64,000 bases of DNA from Octopus vulgaris (GCA_951406725.2 OX597815.1:47368001-47432000); one strand, 5' to 3'. Counted from the stretch's first letter, positions 1 to 13,217 are shown. Notes: generated by a model not told the origin, from the letters alone. Program-made: numbers and translations.

Positions 1-69
1 ACCAACGATGTGCAGCAACATCTGATAGCCTGGTCGGTCACGGTGAATCACGGTAAATATATATATATA

Positions 70-662
70 CTAGCCACCGAACTTAAACTTTCCCTGGTAT
101 AATAATACCTAAAACGCTAATAATCACATGAATTAGCTATATTTTCATGTTTTGAAGAAATTGCTTTAAAAAAGTCCTGACAATCTTCAATTCGGTCGGG
201 AATACTAATGAATTCAGAACTATTGCAACCAAAGAATTCGGAAGCTGGTTCGACTTGGTCTTCATAAAATTGCACAGAAAAGAGAAATTAAAATACTTAG
301 ACTCTGAAATATAATTTGACGTTTTGTCATTTTTTCTAAAAATATGCCCATACCCATTTCTTTTAAAATATAAAATACTGTACTAATTTATATAAACGTA
401 TTACTTTTTTTTTATCAGTAACCGTCTGCACTATCTATTGCAGCGCTTGGGGTTATTCAATATGTTTTGTGTTGCCTAAGAATATGGAAAGAATTTGAAA
501 AATGTTCCATAAATCAGAGATGTTCATTTGGAAAAGATATTCGTCTATCATAAACTTTCTGTTATCTCGATGAAAAATTTGTCTTGAAGCTTTGGCTACA
601 AACATATATTCATCTTACAGACACACACACACACACACACAAACGTCATGCTTATTATAAGC
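70..662 (-). mobile_element. Degenerate non-autonomous Helitron-like element
   Basis: CTAG terminus at 70-73 next to a TA tract. The far end has a (CA)n/CAGA block and an AT-rich tip like the 5' ends of the other Helitron-like copies here. The 3' hairpin is poorly preserved. Confidence 0.35.
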
Positions 663-1228
663 TCATACAGAGAGAGAGAGTGGAGGAATATAAAGCTAAT
701 TGCGTTTCTGCCAGTTTAATTTGTAGTAGAAATCATAAACAAAAAGAGTGACAACTGAATAGACAACTAGATAGAACTATGGGGCACGATGTAAGAGGAA
801 AGAGAAGGAGGACAGAAAGAAAGAAAAAAGGATGGAAGGAAGTAAGAATGAAAATAAGAAAGAATAAGGAAAGGCTAAAAGAAAGAAAGAAGTAAAGGAA
901 TTAGATGTCTCAGAAGTTTTCAGAAAAGAATAGAGCGTGTGAGATGATGTTTGGTTTTATCTATGAAACAACTATGAAATGTTAAGACAATTTAATTAAA
1001 AGTAATTCATAGTTTATTTAATACTGAACAATACATATAATTAATGCATCGTCCATAGCAACAACAATATGAATAGGTAATTAATATTCTGTTTTGTTTG
1101 TTTCTTTTTTTGCGTGTGTTTATTCTTTGCTCAATTATTGTTTACTTTGACTTGTCACATAACCTTATAACTTTTTAAGACTATAGCTCAAAACGGGAAG
1201 TATTTCTTAATTCTTTTTAGTTGCCATA

Positions 1229-1528
1229 TCTTTATATATAAAACTGAAGTTGTGTGAGTGTCTGTTTCCTACGATTTAGATTCCTAACTACTTCCACATT
1301 TTGCGGTGCAGTTTAACTAAAAGCGGGTATCTTATAGTCGTGATTCATATCGAGCCCTTCTTGGTATTAGCGCGCGTCTACGATGAGTCTACGATTTTTT
1401 AAAAATTACCATCATTTTTCCCCATTTTTAATGCATTTTTTGTTATTATATAAGGGAAGTAACTCTCTAAAAATGCTTATATAGTTATTTCCCTTACAAA
1501 CCCGAGCAACGCCGGGCGATACTGCTAG
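1229..1528 (+). mobile_element. Non-autonomous Helitron
   Basis: Starts TC (1229) after A and ends CTAG (1525-1528) before T. Subterminal GC hairpin CCCGAGC-AAC-GCCGGG at 1501-1516. No TSD. Confidence 0.85.
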
Positions 1529-1529
1529 T

Positions 1530-2340
1530 CCAGTATGTAGGATATAGGTGATCGTGAACCTGCCACAATTCTCTGTTCTTTGTTTTCTGTAGCACTTCCA
1601 ATTCCTGATGTTTTATGCTTCTTTCTTCCAACCAGTTCGTCAAGCTTGAATCCATATCATCCTTCTCCTTCTGCTTCCTTTCTCTTCAATCTTACCGGTC
1701 GGTACTAAATTCCCTTATCACCTGGCCAATAATTCTCAGTTGCTTGGCCCTTATTTCACCAAGCAATTTCCTGTTTACCACAGCCCGAGTCACCACTTCT
1801 TCATTAGACACTTTGTCCGCACTGTCCTCAATATTCTCCTTAAGAACCATTTTTCACAGCCCATCAAGCACGCCCTCATTCCTAAAATTGGTTACAATAT
1901 AGGCTCTGCAAGATTTGAGGTCTTTCTCATGTAGATCTAGGTTACTGAGTTCTTCAAGTACCACATCGGGTCTTACTTTATCGAAGGCCTTTGAATAATC
2001 TATGAAATACCTGAAATACACGAAGATGTGTTTTTGCTTCTCAGCCACCCGGTCCGTTATCACTCTCAAAACAATAATAGCGTTCCTAGTACCAGCACCA
2101 TTTACAAAGCAAAACTGTTCAGTCTCAGGTGTTATTCTGCTGCTTGCTCGACGGAGTAAAATTCTCAGAATGATCTTTGTAACGTGACTCATTATTCTAG
2201 TCGTTCGATATTGTTCAGTCCACCGCTCCAGATCTTTTTGAGAGTGCAATAAAGATGGATTAACTCAGATTTTCTGGAAATTTCTCATCATCATAGATAT
2301 TGTTTCTTACATTTATCAGTTTTCTAATTCCATATTCCTC
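1530..2340 (-). mobile_element. RTE-clade LINE remnant, internally deleted RT
   Basis: ORF 1854-2249 has early RT motifs (HVTKIILRIL, EQFCF..GTRNAI, FIDYSKAFDKV). It jumps near 1900 to RTE C-terminal motifs (DKVSNEEVVTRAVVNRKLLGEIRAKQLRIIGQVIR, NRELW). Confidence 0.85.
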
Positions 2341-2342
2341 AG

Positions 2343-3469
2343 ATTAAAATTTTTTTTTTTACTAAACAGTTTGAAACTTCGAATACTGGTAGAATTTGTC
2401 ACGTAGAACACGGTTTACGCTGGACGTATTTGACAGAATTTCCTATTTTAGAAGTTATTTCGTGTTAAAGTTGTCGTATTTGGGTAATTTCAACCAATCA
2501 ACGACGCGTTTTCGGTTGAAGAAAGCTACTGCTGTTTGCAATAGTAATCGAAGAGGAACAACTTCCGGGTCACCTCTCTGTTCTATTCGTCACCTTTATT
2601 CTTCCTTCCTTTCTAGTCAGCACTGTGCATTCCTTACTCTTTCCCTCCCTTATACACTATCAACGAGCAACCAGCGAGCGAACTTGCACCGTATTTTCCG
2701 GTGTATAGCTGCTATTTGTTTTGTTTTACCTTCATGTTTCGATAATGTTATTTTTAATCTAATGAAGACTTTTATATTTATTTCTTTATTGCCCACAGGG
2801 GGATGAACATAGAAGGGACAAACAAGGACAGACAAAGGGATTAAGTCGATTACATCGACCTTAGTGCGTAACTGGTACTTATTTAATCGACCCCCAAAGG
2901 ATGAAAGGCAAAGTCGACCTTGGCAGAATTTGAACTCAGAACGTAACAGTAGTCGAAATACCGCTAAGCATTTCGCTCGGCGTGCTAACGTTTCTGCCAG
3001 ATCGCCGCCTTAATAGAGACTTTTATATTGACGAAATGTGTTTGTTATTGATTATAGTAAGATAAAATCATGACAACAACAATACATCTCATAGCTGTAA
3101 AATAAGGAATTTTGAAAGTACATATACGTCAACATCAAAAAAGCTAGCTGCGGATTCGTTGCTCTATGGTATTGATTCTTCAAATGGAGTGGTGACATTT
3201 AGTAGAGATGACCCAGAAGATGGTCCTCTTCGATTATTATCGCAAACAGCAGTAGCTTTCTTCAACCGAACCCACGTCATTGATTGGCTGAAATTACCCA
3301 AATACGACAACTTTAACACGAAATAACTTCTAAATAGGAAATTCTGTCAAAAACTTTCAGAGTAAACCGTGTTCTACGTGAGAAATTCTTCCAATATCCG
3401 TAGTTACAAATTGTTTAGTTAAAAAGAAAAATAATTAAAAACAACTTGTGATTGAGATTGAATAGATCC
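2343..3469. mobile_element. Foldback/MITE with ~220-bp inverted arms, containing a SINE
   Basis: 2361-2578 is the reverse complement of 3205-3420. Shares the subterminal motif actaaaca-N-ttt-N-aaacttcg-N-atactggtagaat and a GATCC right end (3465-3469) with the foldback at 19885-20694. Confidence 0.8.
2779..3010 (-). mobile_element. tRNA-derived SINE family A (Meta-domain-like core)
   Basis: Minus strand has A box tggcagaaacgttagc, B box gagttcaaattc and core gcctttcatccttt-ggggtcgattaaataagtaccag. Flanked by a 19-bp TSD with 2 mismatches (2760-2778, 3011-3029). Confidence 0.9.
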
Positions 3470-3772
3470 AGGGATTCCTTATGGGAAAGAAATTTATGCA
3501 TGTTAGCCATTAATTGACATCAGATTTCGATGTCGACAGTCTCTTTAGATTTTTAAGATTCTCTTATTCTGTTACAAGTGACTTAAGATCTAAAACAACA
3601 AGCAAAGAGAAATTACTCCAATAAGATACAATATATACGAGGCAATGCATTATGGGTTTGAATTTGGTCTCTAACAAACAGGCAAAAGTAGCTGACAAGC
3701 TGTGGGTATTATTAGATACCGCATTGAAGCATATTCTATTTTGTTGGAAAAAGCAAAGAATGTCCAAATATA

Positions 3773-3773
3773 T

Positions 3774-3843
<70 letters not shown>

Positions 3844-3875
3844 GGGTGGCGTTGGTGTTGGTGGTGGGGGTGGCG

Positions 3876-3924
<49 letters not shown>

Positions 3925-3929
3925 CAGCA
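3773..3929. repeat. (GTA)n microsatellite with a G-rich (GGT/GGC) core
   Basis: Direct reading. Confidence 0.95.
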
Positions 3930-5591
3930 GTTGTTGTTTAGTGCTGACTAAGAATTTCAGAAATACGTCTGAAGCCAAACCTCGAAGTAACGCTCTGCAT
4001 ACTAAATTCAAAATTTAAATCCACCTCCATACTGCACTGTCTGTATTTTCAAAAATTTCACTTATTTGATTTTAGCAGAGTAATTGCCCCCACTGTTTTA
4101 CTTTCACATTTAGGAACGCCCGAGTTAGTTTCCGATTACAAATTATGTGGATTATCTCATTTAATCGAAGCGTATTAACTCAGCATGTTACATGCACAAC
4201 CATGGTCATTTACAACATTCTTTACTTGTCTCTCTCTCATACTCATCACTTAGACCATTCTCTTTCTTTTTTTTTTCTCAGTCAATTTCAGCCCCATCTT
4301 TATGTCATTTTTTATTTATTTATTTTTCTTTTACTCCTTTTTGCTGCTCTTTTGTTATTTTGTTCCATTTCTCTTCTATCATTGACACTCCTTACTCTTC
4401 ACTTTCTTCTCATTCCTCCCTCGATGCCTCGCATTCTTTCCCTGTTGTTCTTACGCTTACTTTAATTATATTTCCCTCGCCTCACTCATTAATTCACAGT
4501 CAATATTCTAATTCCCACCTTACCTAACCCACATGTCAATTTTCTCTCCTCTGACCTCAGCCTCCTCCTACACTCCAGTTATATTAAAAACCAATGAATT
4601 ACTGTAAACATATTTTACAGATTTCTTTAAAATCCTCAAGTAAAACACTAATCTGAAATTAAATGCAACTAATTCAACTCAGAGCTCTCCTAAAAATCCT
4701 AAGGTCTCTGACACACTATAAGTCAGGTGGCATGAATCAGCTCAAACTAGTATTAGCTCAAACTGACAAAAGCAGTAGTAACTGATAACAATATCTTTAG
4801 CTGTCACCTTTGCCGTTTGTCTTAATCTTAGCTATTGAAACGAGTAGCAACTGAAAATTGACTCTGGCTAGTTTTGAGAATATTTTTTTTCTTTTATTTT
4901 ACTGAAATATTTTAGTAAGAATGCTATCAAATCTTTCCGCATCACTTGCAGTTTCTCCCCTAGGTTAATCTTGATTTGTTAGCACTGCTTAGTGTCAGTA
5001 AACATTATATATTTATTTATTTATTTCACCTATTGCTAAAGTATGAGACAACCACTATACATACACGCATATGCATTTTTATACATACACATCTATGGAT
5101 ACATACATACATACAACACACACACACACACACATATATATAATATAATATAATAAATGTGAAAACTAATTTCAGTGTGTCAGTGTGTCACACTTTGAGC
5201 CCCTCTCTCACTATTCAATGGCACTTCTACTATTGATGATGCTTTATTAAAAGTAGTAGTGCTGATGGTTGCAATGGAATAATAATAAGAGAGAGAGAAA
5301 GAGTGGGTATGTAAGAGAAAGAGGGACTGAACACTGAATAAATTTTGTTAGGACCCACACCATCGCCACCACATCTGCCATACACACACCATTCAGATTT
5401 CTGACGCCACCACCACCAATACCTTTGACTTCACTGCCTTCTCCTCCATCACCACTGTCTTTCACATCGCTTACTCTCACCGTCACCCTTGACCGCCTCG
5501 GCTACCGCCATCACTATCACCACCACTATCGTCAATGAAGTGTCATTGTTGGACCCAAGGCCTAATGAGGAGCCCTCTACAGGAGCTAGCT

Positions 5592-5625
<34 letters not shown>

Positions 5626-5656
5626 CGAGAAAGAAGCAACAAGAATGGATTAGTTT

Positions 5657-5743
5657 TTAGTACAATTGTTTCATACAAAGACAGGCTTTATTACAAGTTG
5701 CAAAAATTGCAGCAGATAAAAGTGTCCCGTACTCATCAGCTAA
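5657..5743 (-). ncRNA. Type-I hammerhead ribozyme, intact core
   Basis: Minus strand: UUAG-CUGAUGA-GUACGGGACA...UGUCUUUGUAU-GAAA-CAAUUG-UA-CUAA. Stem I is 4 bp, stem III is the palindrome CAAUUG, cleavage triplet GUA. The cassette is flanked by (TA)n on both sides. Confidence 0.8.
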
Positions 5744-5745
5744 TA

Positions 5746-5790
<45 letters not shown>

Positions 5791-5827
5791 GTATGTATAT
5801 ATGTGTGTGTGTTTATATCCCTTACTC

Positions 5828-5863
5828 CTTTCTGTTGAAGAGCGTAAGCTCGAAACGTAAAAG
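5828..5863 (+). ncRNA. Minimal type-I hammerhead motif (A6U core variant), family H1
   Basis: CUUU-CUGUUGA-A-GAGC-GUAA-GCUC-GAAA-CG-UA-AAAG, within a ~120-bp cassette (5810-5930) between microsatellites. Confidence 0.6.
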
Positions 5864-5943
5864 ACTTTCTGATTTTCCGAGCGTCAAACTAATAGATCTG
5901 TGGTCTTTTGTTGTTCTGTAAATTTCAACAATATATATATGTA

Positions 5944-6132
5944 GGCGCAGGCGTGGGTTTGTAGTACAAAGCTTGCTTCGCAACCACATGTCCAAGTTGC
6001 AGCCCCGTTTCGTAGTACCTAGGGCAAGTGTCTTCTACTATAGCGCGGAGCACACAAAAACTTTGTTAGTGGATTTGGTAGACAGAAACTGAAAGAAGCT
6101 GGTAGTATATATGTGTGCGTGTGTGCACGTGT

Positions 6133-6171
<39 letters not shown>

Positions 6172-6400
6172 TGTATACCTGTATTACTCTCCCATCACAG
6201 CTTGACAACTGGGGTTGGTCAGTTGCGCACTCGTAACTTAAAAGTTCGGCAATGAGACCGATAGACTAAGTACCAGGATTAACGAAAAAGAGACAAAAAA
6301 GTAAAAAAAAGTTTTGAAATCAATTCATTCCACTAAAAATTCTTCAGGGCGGTGCCGCAGTATGGAAGCATGCTAATGATTGAACCAAGTAAAACATAGA
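5944..6400 (+). mobile_element. tRNA-derived SINE family B (CORE-like motif)
   Basis: tRNA-like head, cctagggcaagtgtcttctactatagc core, internal (TG)n, tail ending tgaaccaagtaaaa. Related copies occur elsewhere in the window. Confidence 0.8.
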
Positions 6401-6444
6401 AGATAAAAGACGGAGTGGCTGTGTGGTAAGTAGCTTGTTTACGA

Positions 6445-6643
6445 ATCACGTGTCTATCGTTCGTGATTTTCCTTCTCCGTCTTCCCTTCCTTGGACCTGT
6501 CCTTTTTCTATGTTTCTGACGAAGAGCTCCGCTCGAAACGTTACATCCTCCTTCTTTCTGTCCTTTCCTAAGCGTCCAATAACACTATACTTGTTCCACA
6601 TCCTCGCGTTGTTGGGTTTTCCCTTGTGTTTCGATGTTTGGAT

Positions 6644-6645
<2 letters not shown>
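6445..6645 (+). mobile_element. HHR-bearing short cassette (PLE pLTR/retrozyme-like), family H1
   Basis: Contains GUUU-CUGACGA-A-GAGC-UCC-GCUC-GAAA-CG-UU at 6512-6542 with an intact core. Homologous to 47636-47857 and 60869-61078. Confidence 0.65.
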
Positions 6646-6697
<52 letters not shown>

Positions 6698-6787
6698 GAT
6701 ATATAGATATCTATATATATATGTATATATATATATATATATTTACATGTATATAGGTAGGTATGTATGAATGTGTATGTGTGCCTG

Positions 6788-6920
6788 TCGGTGTGTTTAC
6801 GTCCCCAGTAACTAGCAGTTCGGCAAAAGAATACCGATATAAGATGTACTAGGCTTACACAGAATAAGTCCGGTGCTCCAGTATGGCCGCACTCAAAATG
6901 ACTGAAACAAGTAAATAAAT
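6788..6920 (+). mobile_element. SINE family B, 3' part
   Basis: gtgtttacgtccccagtaactagcagttcggcaaaaga...tgactgaaacaagtaaa. Confidence 0.75.
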
Positions 6921-6951
6921 AAATAATATCTATCTATCTATATATCTCTGT

Positions 6952-7063
<112 letters not shown>

Positions 7064-8103
7064 CTACCATTAAAGACCCGTCGTTGCCGGGTCATAGTGG
7101 TAGTGCATGTATATATGTGTATATATATGTGTACATATTACATGTACATCTATATATATACATCTACACATAAAATACAAAATTATATCTTGAAATCGCT
7201 AGTGATAACAATACTCAAAATATATAACAGACTGGAATTGTTAGCCCGTCTCTTGTAATTTCGATCAATTGTATCTTGTCCTCCCTCTTGTGTAGAAGTG
7301 TGGCTACAATCCAGCCTACCTCTACTTCGGGGGGAGGGCATTTTAAATTTTTTTTCCGGGACGTTCTACGTCCCAGATATAAAGGTAAAAATAAAATATT
7401 TCCACTTTGCAAGTTCGAGCTAAGAACTCCCTTGCACTCTCCGTTGACTCGAACCTTGCTTCTATTGTGGCGAATTTACCGCCTCTGATTAGATACCTTT
7501 CATAGTCGCACCAAGACACTTTTTGAAGGTGCTTTCCTCCATGTGTCCAAATCTTCTTTTTTCTCTACATTGTATACTTTATAGACAATAATCTTTTCTT
7601 TAATTTAATTTTTTATTATCCATCTGGACTATTCCATTTCTGCACGCTAATTTTATTTTTAATTTATTCCCATTCATGTGAAACCACTTATTTAAGTTCA
7701 AATCCTTGATGCAATTTTATACCAATTGCTATTTTTACTTTTGTTATGTTACGATTATATTATACTTTAGTTTGATTTTAATTATTACTTACTACATATA
7801 ATTGAATTGTTATTATTATTTTTATTGTTAAAGTGAAAGTGTCTGACATAAAATAGAGAAACGTTTTTGTTTCACTTTTAACACGTAATACTGAAATAGT
7901 GGAGAAGATACGATATTGCTATGGGCTCGCTCTAGGCAAGAATTTGAACATTTTTTTGCCCATGAAACTACATGGATCCTAAGTAAGGCATGTGTAAAAT
8001 TTGAATGGAATTGGTTGTGTAGTTCTCAAGTTTTAGGGAAACACACAGACAGACAGACAGACAGACAGAGAGATACACATTCTCAGTTTTATATATATAA
8101 AGA
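7064..8103 (-). mobile_element. Non-autonomous Helitron-like element
   Basis: Minus-strand 5' end is TCTTTATATATATAAAACTG followed by (CTGT)n. 3' hairpin GACCCG..CGGGTC (7075-7093) and a degenerate GTAG/T end. 7830-8100 is homologous to 37826-38080. Confidence 0.65.
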
Positions 8104-8114
8104 TATGTATATAT

Positions 8115-8183
<69 letters not shown>

Positions 8184-8390
8184 CGTAAAACCCGCTTTTT
8201 TAACAAAATATGCCAGTAAAAATCTAATTAGTGTCCAATATCTAGTTAGAAGTCTTATAAATTGAGAGAAGAGACAGGGGTGTTGAATCGAAACAATTTC
8301 CAACAAATTTAAACGCTATGAGTCGACATATCTCACTGTTGAATCAAACACATGCGTTGTGCATGTATTCTAAAGATGAAATTAATAATG

Positions 8391-8583
8391 GTTTAAAAAT
8401 TTGGCATAGGGCCAGCAGTTTTCAAGGGCAAGTGCAAGTCGATTACATCAACGCCAGTACTTAACTGGAACTTATTTTATCCACCTCGAAAGGATGAAAA
8501 GCTTAGTCGACATCGGTGAACTTTGAAGTTAGAACGTAAAGACGGACTCACCATTTTATCCAGCGTAATATCGGCTCGTCGTT
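8391..8583 (-). mobile_element. SINE family A, degenerate
   Basis: aagtcgattacatc..actggaacttatttt..aaaggatgaaa..gtcgac match to family A. Confidence 0.75.
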
Positions 8584-9009
8584 AGTTAATAAGTTAATAA
8601 TATAGAAAATAGTAATTTCATTCACAACTACTTATTGCATCTATTTAGATATTCGAGTCTAAGTAGTAGAAGGAACATGCTATTTCAGGTTCACTTTGTG
8701 AAATCTCACCAAAATTCTCCACTCTCCTCGTATATATTTCCGCATTTTCTCGTTTCCTCCCTGTCGTTTGTTGCTTTTAATTAAATCTCTCACACTCTTT
8801 CTGAGCTTTTCTCTAGTTCTCTAACATTCTCTGGTTCTCTGTCTCACTTTCTCTTCAAATTCCCTCTTTTACTAAGTTTTCGGTTTACCTACTCCTGATA
8901 AAACTTTCAATCATTATCCCTGTATCAATGTCTGCCAGTCATGAATATGTATATATTTAATATATAAACTTTAGGTTAATAGGAATATGTTTATGACATA
9001 TTTCAACAT

Positions 9010-9290
9010 CGGTTCTTGATCGTAAGGTTGTGAATTCAATATCTGGCGGTGTTTTGTATCCAAGACACTTCATTGCTCGATGCTTCAACCCACTCAGCTG
9101 GCAAAAGTGAGTAGAATCTGTAATTCGAAGGGCCAGCCATGTCCCATTCTGTGTCACTGAATCTTCTTGAGAGCTATGTTAAGGGTACGCGTTGTTGTGA
9201 ATTGCTCGGCCATTTGCACGTTAATTTCACGAGCAGGCTGTTCCGGTGACCAGATCAGCTTGAATACTCGTCGTCGAACCGACGGAGTGC
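9010..9290 (+). mobile_element. SINE family C, degenerate
   Basis: Reverse-complement match to 44841-45225 (cacgttaatttcacgagcaggctgttcc..gacggagtgc). Confidence 0.75.
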
Positions 9291-9586
9291 TATTTTAAAA
9301 AATATTTTGCCTTTCATATTTTCAACCTTGTATTTACCAATTATTCATTGTATCCGGCTATTAGCCCAGAAATCCGTCTTTGCATCTATGTATGTATTCA
9401 TCATGTATATAGCTATCTAATCATAAATATGCATATATGTGTGTGTATGTGTGTGAGTAAATATGTGAATGTGTATGTATGCATTTATGCATCAGTACAC
9501 ACGCAGTACACACAGACACACACACACACATTCAAACATACATATGTATGAATGTATAAATTACCCTCAACTTTTGTTAAAGCATG

Positions 9587-9974
9587 TTTCTAGGAGAAGG
9601 TCACTCTGATATAAAACTAGATAGGCAGGGAACGGTATTGGACACTTTGGAGATCCTTTGCGCTTCAAATCATGGCTCTGCCACATTCCCGAGCCTGCGA
9701 TACATATTGGCACTGGGTATCTTGCATTGCACTGGCTTGTCTTTGAATCGTGGCAGAAACATGGAAATGGTTTTTGAGGTGCTTTGAAAGCCTTATTGGA
9801 CCCCAAATTTTAAGTCCAAGAAGGCGAGTCGAGTAAGAAGGTACCGCGACGAACATGGAAGCTGTTGGTGCGAACCAGGGTGAAGCCAACTGCAGGTGCA
9901 ATAACTTTATGCACGGGAATTGCTGGCATTTTGTATGATCAGTGATGGTGTTCCTCGGCCACGAGTGGACAGCC

Positions 9975-9976
<2 letters not shown>
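9587..9976 (+). mobile_element. RTE 5'-UTR-like non-coding element
   Basis: TTCTAGGAGAAGGTCACTCTGA motif shared with 10349-10370. Ends CAGCCAT before a microsatellite. Confidence 0.4.
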
Positions 9977-10007
<31 letters not shown>

Positions 10008-10040
10008 TGTATGTATGTATGTATGTATGTATGTATGTAT

Positions 10041-10593
10041 GTCAGGTCACTTTCGAGTGCTACTGGTAACATGTAACCCAGTACAACCTGTTGCATGGTC
10101 GGGTCGTCGGCGACTAAACCGGCAACCCCACCAAGCTTGCTTGGTAAGGAGGGTGTTTATTTAACATCCTGCGGGATGAAAAACAAAACCCGTCAAAGGC
10201 GGGGGAGAACTCTTGAGAGTCAACGGCCATCCAATAAATGTCTTAAGGCTGTATCATGCGCGGGGACATAGAAATAATCGGACTGAATACCCGATCGCGC
10301 GGTTAAACCATTGGGCGTGAAGGACTCCTAGCCTTTGTTAGGGCATCCTTCTAGGAGAAGGTAACTCAGGTAACTGGGATAACTCCGACATAAAACCTGC
10401 GGCTCAGTGGTTACCGATGATGTTGACTAGTTCTTCTTTTTGGATTATGGCTGCTGTTGCTTAGTGAGTGGGATTGACTCAGTGCACAGCCTTTCCTCAC
10501 TTTAAAAAAAATCTTCTTGCACTGGCATTGCACGATAACAACATTGATTAAGCTTCGCGCAATAGCCATACTCGATAACGAGGGGGCAGCCAT
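10041..10593 (+). mobile_element. RTE 5'-UTR-like non-coding element with structured leader
   Basis: GC-richer block with GGGCATCCTTCTAGGAGAAGGTAACTC, a motif I recall from RTE 5' UTRs. Flanked by (ATGT)n on both sides and ends CAGCCAT. Confidence 0.5.
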
Positions 10594-10609
10594 CATATAT
10601 ATATGTATG

Positions 10610-10643
<34 letters not shown>

Positions 10644-11105
10644 TGTATGTATGTATGTATTCTCTTTTACTTTAATTTAGAGTAAATTTTGACCGACTTG
10701 GTAGCAAGGTTGTGAAGAAAATTATCTTGATTCAACAATCATCCTCTAAATCTTAAGATCTTGCAGATTTGTTTAGTCCCAGGCTATGCGGTTAGGAAGC
10801 AAACTTCTTACCACAAAGCCACGCCTAGGCCTCATCGGTTTCTTCTAGAGAAAGAAAATGAGAGAGAGAGAGAGAGAGAAACAGTAACAGCGTGAAGGGA
10901 AGTAAATAGATATTAAGAAAGAAGAATAGCTCCCATTTTTAGACAGTCATTTAGTTTACGCCGAAAGGCTAAAAGCCAAACTTGACCTCGGCGTGATTTG
11001 AACTCAGAATACAGGGAGCCAGAACAAATCCTGCAATTCAGCGCTCTGAATACAGAAACTGAATCTAGATAGATACAAACATACATACATACATACATAC
11101 ATACA

Positions 11106-11139
<34 letters not shown>

Positions 11140-11148
11140 CATATATAT

Positions 11149-11193
<45 letters not shown>

Positions 11194-12286
11194 AAAATAG
11201 TTCTGAGTCTCTTTCCACCTGACTAGCTACCTCTAACTGTCTTTCAACCTCGCACTTTCTCCCATTTTACATACACATATTTTGTGTGTAAGTCTATCTC
11301 AACATGCGTATGTTTATTAATTCAGCCAGCTATCCATTTACGATATATGTTTATTTATACCTGTATGACTGTTTATCTAAATCTTTTCACAACTCGTATC
11401 GTCTGTCATACAGCAAGACAAACAGAATCCACTCTGTCTGAAATCTACGCCATCTTGTATCTTCGCTGTAAGCTCAGCCGATAATTTCATTTCATTCAAG
11501 TAATTTCTTAATCTTGTCTACGTGATATTTGACAGTTGACTTTCCTGCAGGTAATTCAGCCAGTATTAATTTCTTTAACTCATGCACTTATTGTTCACGC
11601 AATTTAATACATTTCGGCGACTTACTATCACCAAGCTTTGATATTGTTTAGCCCCCACTCAGTTTATTTTTATGCATATATGATATATTGTTTATATTTT
11701 TATGATTATTCCTTTTTAAAAGAAAAATCAATCTAACAAACGGGACAAATAATACAGAAATAAATGTATTTAGTGTTAAAGAAAATCAAACTATCCTTTA
11801 CATATATTGATTCTTAGAAGGTTTATCTGTATGAATTAAACGATTGAGAGCCTTCAAGCAAATACACAGCGAAAATGGACACGTCTTACTTTTATTAAAG
11901 AATTGTCGGACCTACTGCTTGTTTCATTTTCATTTTCGTTTAACTTTTATGTCAGTTTTTATTGTCTTTCACTTCCATCGTTCTACGATAAGTTGATTTC
12001 GCCTTTATTACTTATTTCCTTTCCGAATACTTTATCATTATTATTATTATTATTATTTTAATTAATGGATTTGATTTTTTCTCTATAATCTACGCATTTC
12101 CTTTATATCATATAGAATTTGTGTCAATTATTCTTCCTTTTTAACTTGAAACTTCCATTTCTTTTCTTCGCTGTAGTAATAATATTCCTTAACTCTTAAA
12201 CACGCTTTAACTATTCGTCGAAACTTAGCAAAATAAACTATAAAAGTAACAAGGAGAAAAACACCGATAAAACATAAGTACAGTTG

Positions 12287-12387
12287 CATCATCATCATCG
12301 TCGTCGTCATCATCTTCCTCCTTCTCCTCCTCCTCCTCCTCCTCCTCCTCATCATCATCATCATCATCATCACATCATCATCATCGT

Positions 12388-12453
<66 letters not shown>

Positions 12454-12456
12454 CAT

Positions 12457-12487
<31 letters not shown>

Positions 12488-12515
12488 AGCAGTAGCAGCA
12501 GCAGCAGCATCAGCA
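12287..12515. repeat. Compound trinucleotide repeat (CAT/CGT/CCT/CAG)
   Basis: Direct reading. Confidence 0.95.
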
Positions 12516-13170
12516 TTGAATGATCAATCAACGTTGGCTGCAGACAGAATAAAATGTATGAACACAATAAAACAACTTAGTCGCGTTTATCATATGCGAC
12601 AGTGCTGGTAGCGGTGGTTTAATCATTCTTATTGAAATGAGATTTCAAATGTAAGCTGATCTTGTGTGAAAATGCCTTTTAGCTAATTCTTACTTTTAAC
12701 GCATTACTGAGATATTTTTACACAGAATTTTATCAAGGAATTCAATTCCCTTAACTTCCGTTTCGAATTCTGGCGGTCTCTAAAGTTAATCAGTTTCAGA
12801 AACAAGCCGCCATGACGGCCAAGACAAATTGATTAACTAATAAAAAAAAAAACTTGCAGAAAAAACATAACGTGAAATGTTTTCCCTTATACCAGACTCA
12901 AATGAAATTCAGAGTGCAATGGTGAAAATTAGTGAAAATATGTACGACATCCATTACTTAATGTGAAAGAATTCATAAATTACTTTAGATCTTACCTTTT
13001 GTCACTTGGGAATATCTTCTGAAATAACTATCAAGAACGTCGCTTCAGTTGTGTTTCATGTAGTACGTGTGACCATATACATGAACAAGAATGTGTGTAT
13101 ATGCATTTATGTATGTATGCATGTATGCATGTATACATGTATTCATATATGTACATGTATGTATGTGTGC

Positions 13171-13217
<47 letters not shown>

